A stretch of 34,794 bases of DNA from positions 1 through 34,794 of IMG/VR virus record IMGVR_UViG_3300029183_000019; one strand, given 5' to 3'. Below the pieces are notes generated by a model. The model worked only from the letters and a program-made list of their open reading frames with translations. It did not search any database and was not told where the DNA came from. The position numbers and the translations under genes are program-made. This document shows, one piece after another, positions 23,826 to 31,054 of the stretch (the stretch's first letter is position 1; every line of letters begins with the position of its first letter). The stretch comes from a virus.

Positions 23826-24005
23826 ATGCTTACAAGGTCTAAGTTTTTTGATCGAAATCGCGAAGGTAATTTTTCACATCTTCAATGGAACGAGCCACCA
23901 AAGCTAACCCCCCGGCGTTCTCAATCTTTTGTAATGCCTGTTGTTGTGGTGTGGTTAATTTGCCTTTTGGCCGCTTTATTTCTATTGCTAGAAATTTTCC
24001 CTTAA
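23826..24005 (+). CDS. Possible 59-aa tail-anchored membrane peptide, encoded antisense to the 3' half of the VRR-NUC gene
   Basis: AAGGAGG, 6 nt, then ATG at 23826. My hand translation is MLTRSKFFDRNREGNFSHLQWNEPPKLTPRRSQSFVMPVVVVWLICLLAALFLLLEIFP. The hydrophobic run could simply mirror the Lys/Glu codons of the opposite strand. Confidence 0.3.
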   Translation: MLTRSKFFDRNREGNFSHLQWNEPPKLTPRRSQSFVMPVVVVWLICLLAALFLLLEIFP

Positions 24006-24171
24006 AACAACAAAGAAGATCTGGCGTTCCAGCTTTCGTCATCGTCGGACGATAAGCGCCTGTTTTTGGATTATACATCCCTCCAGTGAGAGTGGGGAAT
24101 ACCTCGCACTGAGGGTGATATTCTAAAAACTCAACGATTGCTTTTTTGATATCCTTTTCGAGGACTTTCAT
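23839..24171 (-). CDS. VRR-NUC domain (PD-(D/E)xK) nuclease
   Basis: GTPDLLCCFKGKFLAIEIKRPKGKLTTPQQQ carries the D...ExK core. 110 aa. Confidence 0.8.
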   Translation of the reverse strand: MKVLEKDIKKAIVEFLEYHPQCEVFPTLTGGMYNPKTGAYRPTMTKAGTPDLLCCFKGKFLAIEIKRPKGKLTTPQQQALQKIENAGGLALVARSIEDVKNYLRDFDQKT

Positions 24172-24404
24172 TAATGAGAATGCTTATTGAGAATCTGAAT
24201 TATAAAAAAGATTGCTCCAGGAATCAACCCAGCAATTGCCCCCCATATAGATGCCTTTGCCTTAAGTGTCACTAAATCTACATGAAGCTTGTTGAGTTTT
24301 TCATCTAAAGCTTCATATTGATGGTTCAACCGCTCAAGTTCTTTTAAAATGAACTTTGACCATTCTCGCCAACTATTTGTATCTTGGTTGGAAGGAGGCT
24401 CCAT
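24171..24404 (-). CDS. Coiled-coil protein with a C-terminal TM helix
   Basis: LKELERLNHQYEALDEKLNKLHVDLVTLKA is followed by IWGAIAGLIPGAIFFIIQIL. It is TAATG-coupled on both sides. Confidence 0.65.
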   Translation of the reverse strand: MEPPSNQDTNSWREWSKFILKELERLNHQYEALDEKLNKLHVDLVTLKAKASIWGAIAGLIPGAIFFIIQILNKHSH

Positions 24405-24757
24405 TATTGGAGTCTATCATCGTATCTACGCTTAGATAACCCTGATTTATTAGCAAGCCACTGAAAATTAGGGCCTTTTGATTTAACAAACTGTTCTTGA
24501 TGATGTTGTTTGATCTTACACGCACTTACTAGAGCTTGAAAATCATGAGGTGAAAAACATACATAATTTTCTGTCTTAGCACTTGGAATCCAATTGCCTT
24601 CACAATCACCAAATTCCTTGTAGATTATTTGGTCCTCTGGATCGACACACTGAAGGCCAAGTGCTCTTGGATCTGAAATGCAAGACGTCACCTTTGGTCC
24701 TGAGCCCCCACAGCTAAATACGGTGAATAAGCTTATTAATGCGCCGAGCCGCTTCAA
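24404..24757 (-). CDS. Cys-rich lipoprotein with a TTG start
   Basis: GGAGGA-tcgaa-TTG at 24757 gives (M)KRLGALISLFTVFSC|GGSGPK, a signal peptide plus lipobox. This is in frame with, but shorter than, the track's 152-aa ORF. Confidence 0.65.
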   Translation of the reverse strand: MKRLGALISLFTVFSCGGSGPKVTSCISDPRALGLQCVDPEDQIIYKEFGDCEGNWIPSAKTENYVCFSPHDFQALVSACKIKQHHQEQFVKSKGPNFQWLANKSGLSKRRYDDRLQ

Positions 24758-24929
24758 TTCGATCCTCCGTTGACTTTGCCTCGTTGAGCTTTTTGAAAGT
24801 CTCATTGGCATCTTTGAAAAACTTCTGAGGCGTATCACCAAAGATATTACGTATGAACCCATAGACTTGTCTCAAAAACTTGAGCATCTCTGGGATGGCG
24901 ATGATCGCCTCAAGTACTTTTAAAATCAT
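24714..24929 (-). CDS. Small protein with a hydrophobic/amphipathic N-terminus, possibly membrane-active
   Basis: 71 aa, MILKVLEAIIAIPEMLKFL... followed by a charged helix. It overlaps the neighbours by 20 nt and 44 nt. Confidence 0.5.
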   Translation of the reverse strand: MILKVLEAIIAIPEMLKFLRQVYGFIRNIFGDTPQKFFKDANETFKKLNEAKSTEDRIEAARRINKLIHRI

Positions 24930-25398
24930 TAATTTCTTTCAATATTTGACAAACTCTTCCTTCAGTAATGCAAAAAATGAAAGCAATCTCTTTTTGGGTA
25001 AATCCATATAGTGTTGAAAGCAAATACACTGCGCGTTTCATCGGTTTTACTCTTTTAAAATAGTCTTCAATGTGAATATTGATTCCGAAAGCTCTTGAGT
25101 AAGACTCAGTAGCTCTTCTATAAGAACTTGATCGTTGTGTAAAAGAAGAGTTGGTCCTCGCCTCGGCAGACAATACTTGTCCGCAATTACTGCCACTATT
25201 CCTTGAGCGACCGAGGCGTTTTCTAATGAAATCAATAGCAGCTTGTTCAGCTGTTTGTCTCCATTTTTTTTCATGAAGCATCAATAAGTAGTCTTGAGAA
25301 AACTCAAGAGCAATTTGATAAGGAAATTTGTACTTTTTAGCAACAAATAAGGCCCTTCTCCGGTATTTCTTTATATTCTTCTCAGTTAAAAAATCCAT
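24910..25398 (-). CDS. Small sigma-factor-like protein (region 2-like N-terminus and region 4 HTH)
   Basis: The C-terminus RAVYLLSTLYGFTQKEIAFIFCITEGRVCQILKEI is a region-4.2-type HTH. The N-terminus ALFVAKKYKFPYQIALEFSQDYLLML is region-2-like. Confidence 0.55.
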   Translation of the reverse strand: MDFLTEKNIKKYRRRALFVAKKYKFPYQIALEFSQDYLLMLHEKKWRQTAEQAAIDFIRKRLGRSRNSGSNCGQVLSAEARTNSSFTQRSSSYRRATESYSRAFGINIHIEDYFKRVKPMKRAVYLLSTLYGFTQKEIAFIFCITEGRVCQILKEINDFKST

Positions 25399-25416
25399 AT
25401 AATACTTTTATGAACA

Positions 25417-25695
25417 TTACTTCAGTGCAGTGATCATTTTAGGAATGTATTGAGTGATAACAGTCACCAAATCAACAACTTCTAACATGTCCAAATCAGA
25501 TACTTCTCCAGGAATCTTCTTTACTCCTTCAATTCCTTGCTGGAGTTTTTGCTGCAACTGAGGATCAGATTGAAGCTTTGCGATAAGTCCAGCAACGTCT
25601 GAAAATTGAACACCATCTTTTACTAAAGACATAATGATAATGCTGAGCTCAAGAGAGCCCACTATAAATTCTTTGGTTTCTTTATTCGATGCCAT
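25417..25695 (-). CDS. Hypothetical protein with a weak N-terminal hydrophobic segment, a holin candidate at best
   Basis: 92-aa ORF with a GGGGGG SD, immediately downstream of the NlpC/P60 gene. Confidence 0.55.
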   Translation of the reverse strand: MASNKETKEFIVGSLELSIIIMSLVKDGVQFSDVAGLIAKLQSDPQLQQKLQQGIEGVKKIPGEVSDLDMLEVVDLVTVITQYIPKMITALK

Positions 25696-25727
25696 TTATT
25701 CCCCCCAAAAAAGTTCGTTTTTGCGAT

Positions 25728-25743
25728 TTTTTCGTACGAAAAA
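25728..25743. promoter_or_regulatory. Perfect 16-bp palindrome tttttcgtacgaaaaa in an intergenic gap
   Basis: Read directly. It sits in one of the few non-coding gaps (25696-25746) of the late array. Confidence 0.3.
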
Positions 25744-25746
25744 TTC

Positions 25747-26172
25747 TCAGATCAGTCTTAACCTAGTATACTGAGGCTTCAGTATCACTACAAGATCATT
25801 TCGGTAATCAATAGGACTGATTCTCACATAAGCCTTATCTCTTACTGCGTCATGAACTGTAAGCGTACTTCTTCCGCCTCCAGCGGCTTCAATCACACGA
25901 TACGAATCAATTGCAAAAGCAACATGCCTAATATTCGTCACACTTGAGCCATAAAACACTAACGACCCTGCTTGAGTCGTTCCATGAGAAGATTTGTTCT
26001 CAAAATAATCATAAAGAGTTTGTGCTGTTTGATCGCCCGGAGGATCCGCTCCAGCAGAGCGTAAAATGGCTTGCACAAGACCTGAACAGTCGAACCCATC
26101 CATGGGTGACTCGCCACCCCACTTGTAGGGGACTCCTACAAATTGCATGGCGTAAAGCACCATTAAATCCAT
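25747..26172 (-). CDS. NlpC/P60-family cell-wall peptidase (endolysin or virion-associated lysin)
   Basis: VGVPYKWGGESPMDGFDCSGLVQ carries the catalytic Cys motif. The downstream HVAFAI supplies the His. Confidence 0.88.
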   Translation of the reverse strand: MDLMVLYAMQFVGVPYKWGGESPMDGFDCSGLVQAILRSAGADPPGDQTAQTLYDYFENKSSHGTTQAGSLVFYGSSVTNIRHVAFAIDSYRVIEAAGGGRSTLTVHDAVRDKAYVRISPIDYRNDLVVILKPQYTRLRLI

Positions 26173-28428
26173 TTAAAAGTCCTGCTTGCGTCTGAACTCT
26201 ATAAACTCAGCAGCGTTTTGCACACTGCGCGCAGGCTGAGGCTTTTTGCGTCTAGCGGCCTCCAGGGCAGCTGTGATGCCAGGAGGTTTAGGTGTTCTAA
26301 CAGATGCATCCCCTAGCGCAAGCTTTCTTAGGTTTTGCACCTCACCTTTTTGATTCAAGCTTGTGAGCATCTGGGCTTTTTCTAAATCATCCAAATGATC
26401 CGCAAGTTGAATCTCGTTCATCACGTCTTGTCGCTGATTCATGGGGATAAACGTAGGTAACACATCATCCTCATCACTTGTCCCAATCAGCATGGATCTC
26501 ACAAACGAATCTCTGACGTCTGTTTTGACTTTTTCTGGCAGATCTAATGCTTGGTTAATCTTACGAACCGTTGGCATGCCTTTGATGTTTCCAACTTGTT
26601 GTAAAATGGATCTTGCCATTCGAGGGCCGTGCGTATCAATCAAAGCACCAAAAGCAGCGCCCGCTAGTGCTCCTGCGGGTCCACCTAAGAAAAACCCAAC
26701 ACCACCTCCACCAGCTACTCTCCCTGCTGATGATGCGCCACCAATCACTGCCCAAAGGTTGACGTTTCGTGATCCTCGTAAAAACTCATTTTCAAACTGC
26801 GTTGCGACTTGAAGCTTCTCCACTGCTTGCTGAAAGTCAGTATCTGATTGCTTAGATAAGAAGTTAAACGCTTGCTTGACCTCGTCTGTCACGCCTTTGG
26901 TAGAAAGCGATCTTAGCTTTGATCCAATGTTTCCACCATTCCAGTTTTTAAATAAATCCGCACTTTGTTGCGCTCGTCTGAATCGATCAAGATCAACGTT
27001 CGTTTCTTTAGCTAGGTTTTGTAACGCTTGATCCTTAATCTCTTTATTGGGCCGACCCAAAGAACTTAAAGCGCTGAGTGCTTTTTCTTGGCCACCAAAA
27101 CGCTTAGAGGACTCTTTGCTAAGCTGAGATAAAATCTGAAGCTCTTTGTTTTTTTCAGCTAGCCCAGGGACCTTATCTTTAAGTTCTTCGTTGATTTCCC
27201 GACGGATATTCTTAAGTGCGACCTGACCTAAGTTGTCATCAAAGCTTCCAGGAATTTGTAAAAAGCTCACATCCTTATCGATTTGACGAATGATGTTTTT
27301 TACATCAGTTGCATCAATCTCATCAGGAAGACCTTGAATGCCCTTTTCAAAGTTCTCAATCTTACGTACAGCTTGCTTGGCACTTTGACCAATAGGGGCT
27401 TTGCCAGCAATAAAGAGCTTTGCCTTAGCTGCCTTGGTGGCTCGCTGCAAAACCTTACGATCAATCTTGGCATTACTATTGCCAATAAGCTCAAACGCTT
27501 CTTCTGATTTAGTAATGATTCTTTCTTTAATCGTCTCAAGAGCAGCTTGGATCTCATCAGCTGTATCAAGCTTTGATTCTTGTGCATTTCGCTTCACATC
27601 ATCAACTAAATTCGTTGCTTGCTCTTTAAGAGTCTCCCTAAACTTCTCAGTGTCCCCCACTTCTTTAGCAAGTTTTGGGTTTTTTAAAACACTCTCAATT
27701 GCCTTATCAGTCACACCAAAGGTGGATCGAAATCCTGCCTTAATGCCTGCTTTGATTCCTCTTCCTGTAGCACCGAGCACCCCAGGCGCAGCTCCTAATG
27801 CCCCACCAAGTGCCGCTGCTTCGCCTGCATCAACAGGTTCACTTAATCCTGTTCCTTGTTGTAAAGGTGCCCTTGCAGCTTCAAACGCAGCTCCTCCGCC
27901 AGCAGCTTGAGCAGCACCTGAGGCGATACGAGATCCAGCCACCTGCGCTGGCAACAAGCCTTTGGCTGCTTTGGCGCCTAATCTAAATACTCCTGCAGCA
28001 GGACCAACAGGTGATAGCGCTCCAGCGATTTCTCCAGTCGTTGTAGCAACAGGAGAGGCTTGTCTTTCAGCGAGTAAGCGTTGTCTTTCAGATTCGGCAA
28101 ACTGAGGTGCAAGCTCACTTACTCTTTGATCAAACTCAGGATTAATTTGAGGGATTCGTCGATTCACATCACTCGGTGTGAGCCCTTCTGAAATAGCCTG
28201 CTCTCTTGCTTGTTGATTGGCTAAAAACTGAATCCTTGCTTCGTCAGTGAGTCCTAAAGTAGCGCTTGATAAAGCAGCTTCAGCTCCTACCGCTAAAGGG
28301 CTTGCTTGCTCCGCTTGAACCTCAACAGACGCTTGTCTGAGCTCATCCTCACTAGGAGGAGCAAGTAAATCTTGCTGAGCAGTTCTGATCTCATCCTCGC
28401 TAGGAGGGGCTAACGCTTGTGCTGACAT
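26173..28428 (-). CDS. Large internal virion / ejection protein with Gly/Ala-rich hydrophobic segments
   Basis: 751 aa. Its position after the nozzle gene and smaller internal proteins mirrors T7 gp14-16. It has the TM-like stretch WAVIGGASSAGRVAGGGGVGFFLGGPAGALAGAAFGALI and an N-terminal APPSEDE[IL]R duplication. Confidence 0.65.
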   Translation of the reverse strand: MSAQALAPPSEDEIRTAQQDLLAPPSEDELRQASVEVQAEQASPLAVGAEAALSSATLGLTDEARIQFLANQQAREQAISEGLTPSDVNRRIPQINPEFDQRVSELAPQFAESERQRLLAERQASPVATTTGEIAGALSPVGPAAGVFRLGAKAAKGLLPAQVAGSRIASGAAQAAGGGAAFEAARAPLQQGTGLSEPVDAGEAAALGGALGAAPGVLGATGRGIKAGIKAGFRSTFGVTDKAIESVLKNPKLAKEVGDTEKFRETLKEQATNLVDDVKRNAQESKLDTADEIQAALETIKERIITKSEEAFELIGNSNAKIDRKVLQRATKAAKAKLFIAGKAPIGQSAKQAVRKIENFEKGIQGLPDEIDATDVKNIIRQIDKDVSFLQIPGSFDDNLGQVALKNIRREINEELKDKVPGLAEKNKELQILSQLSKESSKRFGGQEKALSALSSLGRPNKEIKDQALQNLAKETNVDLDRFRRAQQSADLFKNWNGGNIGSKLRSLSTKGVTDEVKQAFNFLSKQSDTDFQQAVEKLQVATQFENEFLRGSRNVNLWAVIGGASSAGRVAGGGGVGFFLGGPAGALAGAAFGALIDTHGPRMARSILQQVGNIKGMPTVRKINQALDLPEKVKTDVRDSFVRSMLIGTSDEDDVLPTFIPMNQRQDVMNEIQLADHLDDLEKAQMLTSLNQKGEVQNLRKLALGDASVRTPKPPGITAALEAARRKKPQPARSVQNAAEFIEFRRKQDF

Positions 28429-29547
28429 TTACCTAATCGCTCCACGTCGTCTTAAAATCTTCTCAGCTACTGCTGGGTCTAAATTGTTTTGCTGAGCAAA
28501 CTGTGCCGCTAAAGGATTAATTTCAACTTGAGTCCCTGCCTCAACAGGGGTTGTTCCAAAACTCAGTGATGATGCTGGAATTTGTCTGCCCGTAGCTTGC
28601 GCTGAGATAATCCCCTGTGGGATGGGCGCTTGCTCTAATTCAACCAAAGCTCTTTCGCCTGCTTCAGCTCGTAATCCTTGTAGCGCAATGATTCTGTTTA
28701 GTTTCTTTTGTTTTAACACTTGAGGCGTGTCTCCAGGCCTAGGGAAATACTGCCTTTCTGCTGATTCAAATTCACTATCAGCAATCGACGCTCCAGATTC
28801 TCGACGAAGAACTGCGTTTACGAAGTTTCTCTCAGCTTGTTTTTGTACCTTGAATTCTTCGCTTTCTAAAAACTCAGGTACAAACTTGTTACGAGCCACA
28901 AACGCTACGCTGGTTCGATCTACCCCCGCCTGATCAAGTTGGTTAAATACTCCTTCAGCTTGCTCCATTCGTTTCGCAAATGTAGCCGCCTTTCTTTGAT
29001 CGCCTTTTGGTTGCTTGCCTTTGGTGCCTTGTAATTTTGCAAGCTGCGTCTTATTTGCCTGCTTTAACATCTCAAGATCTTTTGCGTTGGCAGCTTGTAA
29101 ATTAATTTCAGCCAGCCGCTGCTTTCTTTGGTTGTCTCGCTCAATTTGTTTTTGCTGAGCTAGCTGCCGGTTCTCTTCAGCTTGCGCTTCTTCAGCATCT
29201 TGTCTTTGAAACTGATCCATTAACGTCTTAAGAGACTGGCTCGATGCCCTGCTTGTCGCTGCTCCAGCTTCAACCCCACCAATAGCTCCCGCTAAAGCTG
29301 TAGGGACAAGCCCTATTAACGCACTTGCAATAGCTCGCTCTTTGTCTCGTGTTACCTTGTTTTTAGTTTGTGGATCCTCACCACGAATAATCTTTTGTGC
29401 ATTAACTACATTTTTATTCTCAACTTCACGAGGGTCTGTCCCACTTATCGTTGCTAAGTCTTGCTTGGACTCAACCGCCTTTTTTTTAATCCGAGTTGCT
29501 AACTGATCCGGACGAAGACTGACCTTTTGTATTGCTTGAGCTGCCAT
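28429..29547 (-). CDS. Internal virion protein (charged, Gln/Ala-rich)
   Basis: 372 aa. The call rests on position and composition. It is stop/start coupled on both sides. Confidence 0.6.
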   Translation of the reverse strand: MAAQAIQKVSLRPDQLATRIKKKAVESKQDLATISGTDPREVENKNVVNAQKIIRGEDPQTKNKVTRDKERAIASALIGLVPTALAGAIGGVEAGAATSRASSQSLKTLMDQFQRQDAEEAQAEENRQLAQQKQIERDNQRKQRLAEINLQAANAKDLEMLKQANKTQLAKLQGTKGKQPKGDQRKAATFAKRMEQAEGVFNQLDQAGVDRTSVAFVARNKFVPEFLESEEFKVQKQAERNFVNAVLRRESGASIADSEFESAERQYFPRPGDTPQVLKQKKLNRIIALQGLRAEAGERALVELEQAPIPQGIISAQATGRQIPASSLSFGTTPVEAGTQVEINPLAAQFAQQNNLDPAVAEKILRRRGAIR

Positions 29548-30224
29548 TACTTCTTACCGCCTTGTGGCTGGTTTTGTGCTTGTTGAGCAATCGACTCCCC
29601 TAAGGCAAGTTGTCGCACACCACCTCGTGATGCCACTCCAAGCTGAGCGGTTCCAAACTCTGTCGCGAGTTGACCAAATTTCTCTTGTTGCGCTCTTTGT
29701 TGCTCTGCGCCTACTGATCTTTCAAATTCACCTAAAGCCTGACGTCTGGCTGCGATGTTTTGTAAAAATATGTCTCTTTGGGCCTCAGCAGCTGATCTTT
29801 GGCCTTGCTGAAGTGCCCCTAGCTGCTGGGCTGCTGCTAGTCCTCCACGCACTCCTGAGGCGCCTTGGATGCCTCGTAATTGTCGTAGTGACGTTTGTGT
29901 TTGCTGGCCAATGCGAGCAAGTGCATCGCTTTCAAGTAAGTTTCTTTCTTCAGGAGTAAGCCCCTCAAGATTGGCTCGCCTCCTTGCAATAATCTCTTGT
30001 AAATCACCTGAGATGGCTCCTTGTTGACGCGTCCCTAAAGACCCGCTTCCAAAGAGCTCCTGACCGCGTTGTCTCCCTTGCGCTAAGCTTTGCTGGAGTG
30101 CTTGATTTTCTTGAGCAAGTAATTGCTGTGTGCGCTGTTGTCTTTGTTGCGCAGCTTGTTGCGCCGCCTTTTGTTGCGCAGCTTGTTGTGCTGCCTGTAA
30201 AGCCGCCCGATTTGGTGGAGCCAT
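29547..30224 (-). CDS. Gln/Ala-rich internal virion protein
   Basis: 225 aa. It starts with AAQQAAQQ(K/R) repeats encoded by an 18-nt direct repeat (30144-30161 and 30171-30188). Confidence 0.6.
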   Translation of the reverse strand: MAPPNRAALQAAQQAAQQKAAQQAAQQRQQRTQQLLAQENQALQQSLAQGRQRGQELFGSGSLGTRQQGAISGDLQEIIARRRANLEGLTPEERNLLESDALARIGQQTQTSLRQLRGIQGASGVRGGLAAAQQLGALQQGQRSAAEAQRDIFLQNIAARRQALGEFERSVGAEQQRAQQEKFGQLATEFGTAQLGVASRGGVRQLALGESIAQQAQNQPQGGKK

Positions 30225-30776
30225 TTAACGAACCTCCCATCGCATCTGCCATGTCTTTAACTTTTCATCCTCGCCGACTAACCGTCTATACCTTTCGGTC
30301 ATCTTAAGCATCTGAGCGGGCGGCTTCTCATTACGAGTCTGAAACAGGATTAAATTGATACCCTCTATACTATTGATTAAACGATACCCTATTCTTTTGC
30401 AATAGTACTTAGGTGCCGTATACATCCCCCTTATAATTAATATACAATCAAAAACCCGATGATACAGCATAAAGCCAACAATTTCTCCCTGCGCCACCGC
30501 TACTTGAACCTGCCCGCCTAATTTGACAAATCCTAAGTACTCTGCCTCAAGTGCCGTTGTCTTTATATTCTCGTTAGGACCGATCGGGTATTCGATCTCA
30601 AAGTTCAGATCCTCTCCAGTAACCTTGAAATTAAATTCCCAATAAAGACCTAAGAAATCGTAAAATTCATTTGCGTTTTCTAAATTAAGATCTCGAAATT
30701 CTACCGAAAGAAGATCACGGTCACTGTCGTTGATGCTGACCCGTTGTTCTTCAGATACACAAAGTCCTTGGTCCAT
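30225..30776 (-). CDS. GNAT-fold-like N-acetyltransferase candidate
   Basis: EIVGFMLYHRVFDCILIIRGMYTAPKYYCKRIGYRLINSI aligns by eye to GNAT beta4/motif A (..V.PeYrGkGIG..Ll). GGAG lies 7-8 nt before the ATG at 30776. I found no alternative start downstream of the overlap. Confidence 0.5.
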   Translation of the reverse strand: MDQGLCVSEEQRVSINDSDRDLLSVEFRDLNLENANEFYDFLGLYWEFNFKVTGEDLNFEIEYPIGPNENIKTTALEAEYLGFVKLGGQVQVAVAQGEIVGFMLYHRVFDCILIIRGMYTAPKYYCKRIGYRLINSIEGINLILFQTRNEKPPAQMLKMTERYRRLVGEDEKLKTWQMRWEVR

Positions 30777-31054
30777 TCAGTGTCTCCATCCACTACGTTA
30801 TTAGCATCCGTTTGCCCCCGAACAATTATCTTGGCAGTTGGAATCGCGCCCGACCTAAGCTGGTTTCGTATCGCAACCTCTGTCGCATTAGCAATGGTTA
30901 CTTCTGTCTTAAATGCCTCAAAGTTTTCGGTAAACTTAAGCCGAGTCAGACCTACTGCAAGTTCTCTCAGAGTCTTCGTTAAATCAACACGCAAAAACTT
31001 CTCCATGGCTTGAGATACGCCACCTCGAAACTCTTTAAAGGCGCTAAACTTCAT
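30701..31054 (-). CDS. Hypothetical virion protein
   Basis: 117 aa with an ATGA overlap to the nozzle gene. Its 3' end overlaps the next gene by 76 nt. Confidence 0.6.
   Translation of the reverse strand: MKFSAFKEFRGGVSQAMEKFLRVDLTKTLRELAVGLTRLKFTENFEAFKTEVTIANATEVAIRNQLRSGAIPTAKIIVRGQTDANNVVDGDTEWTKDFVYLKNNGSASTTVTVIFFR

Noticed and set aside
26441-27986. Long plus-strand ORFs (123, 169, 74 and 62 aa) antisense to the 751-aa internal protein gene
   Set aside because: They are Ala/Pro/Ser-rich mirror images of the Ala/Gly-rich sense frame. They have no SD sites and sit inside a well-supported gene.
26173-28428. The 751-aa Ala/Gly-rich protein as a siphovirus tape-measure protein
   Set aside because: There is no major tail, tail-tube or chaperone-frameshift gene set. 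The gene follows a T7 gp12-like nozzle gene and smaller internal proteins, which fits a podovirus ejection protein better.
30144-30188. Short direct repeats that might hint at a CRISPR array or satellite
   Set aside because: There are only two copies, they are in frame at a 27-nt period, and they encode an AAQQAAQQ low-complexity peptide. There is no spacer-repeat architecture anywhere in the window.
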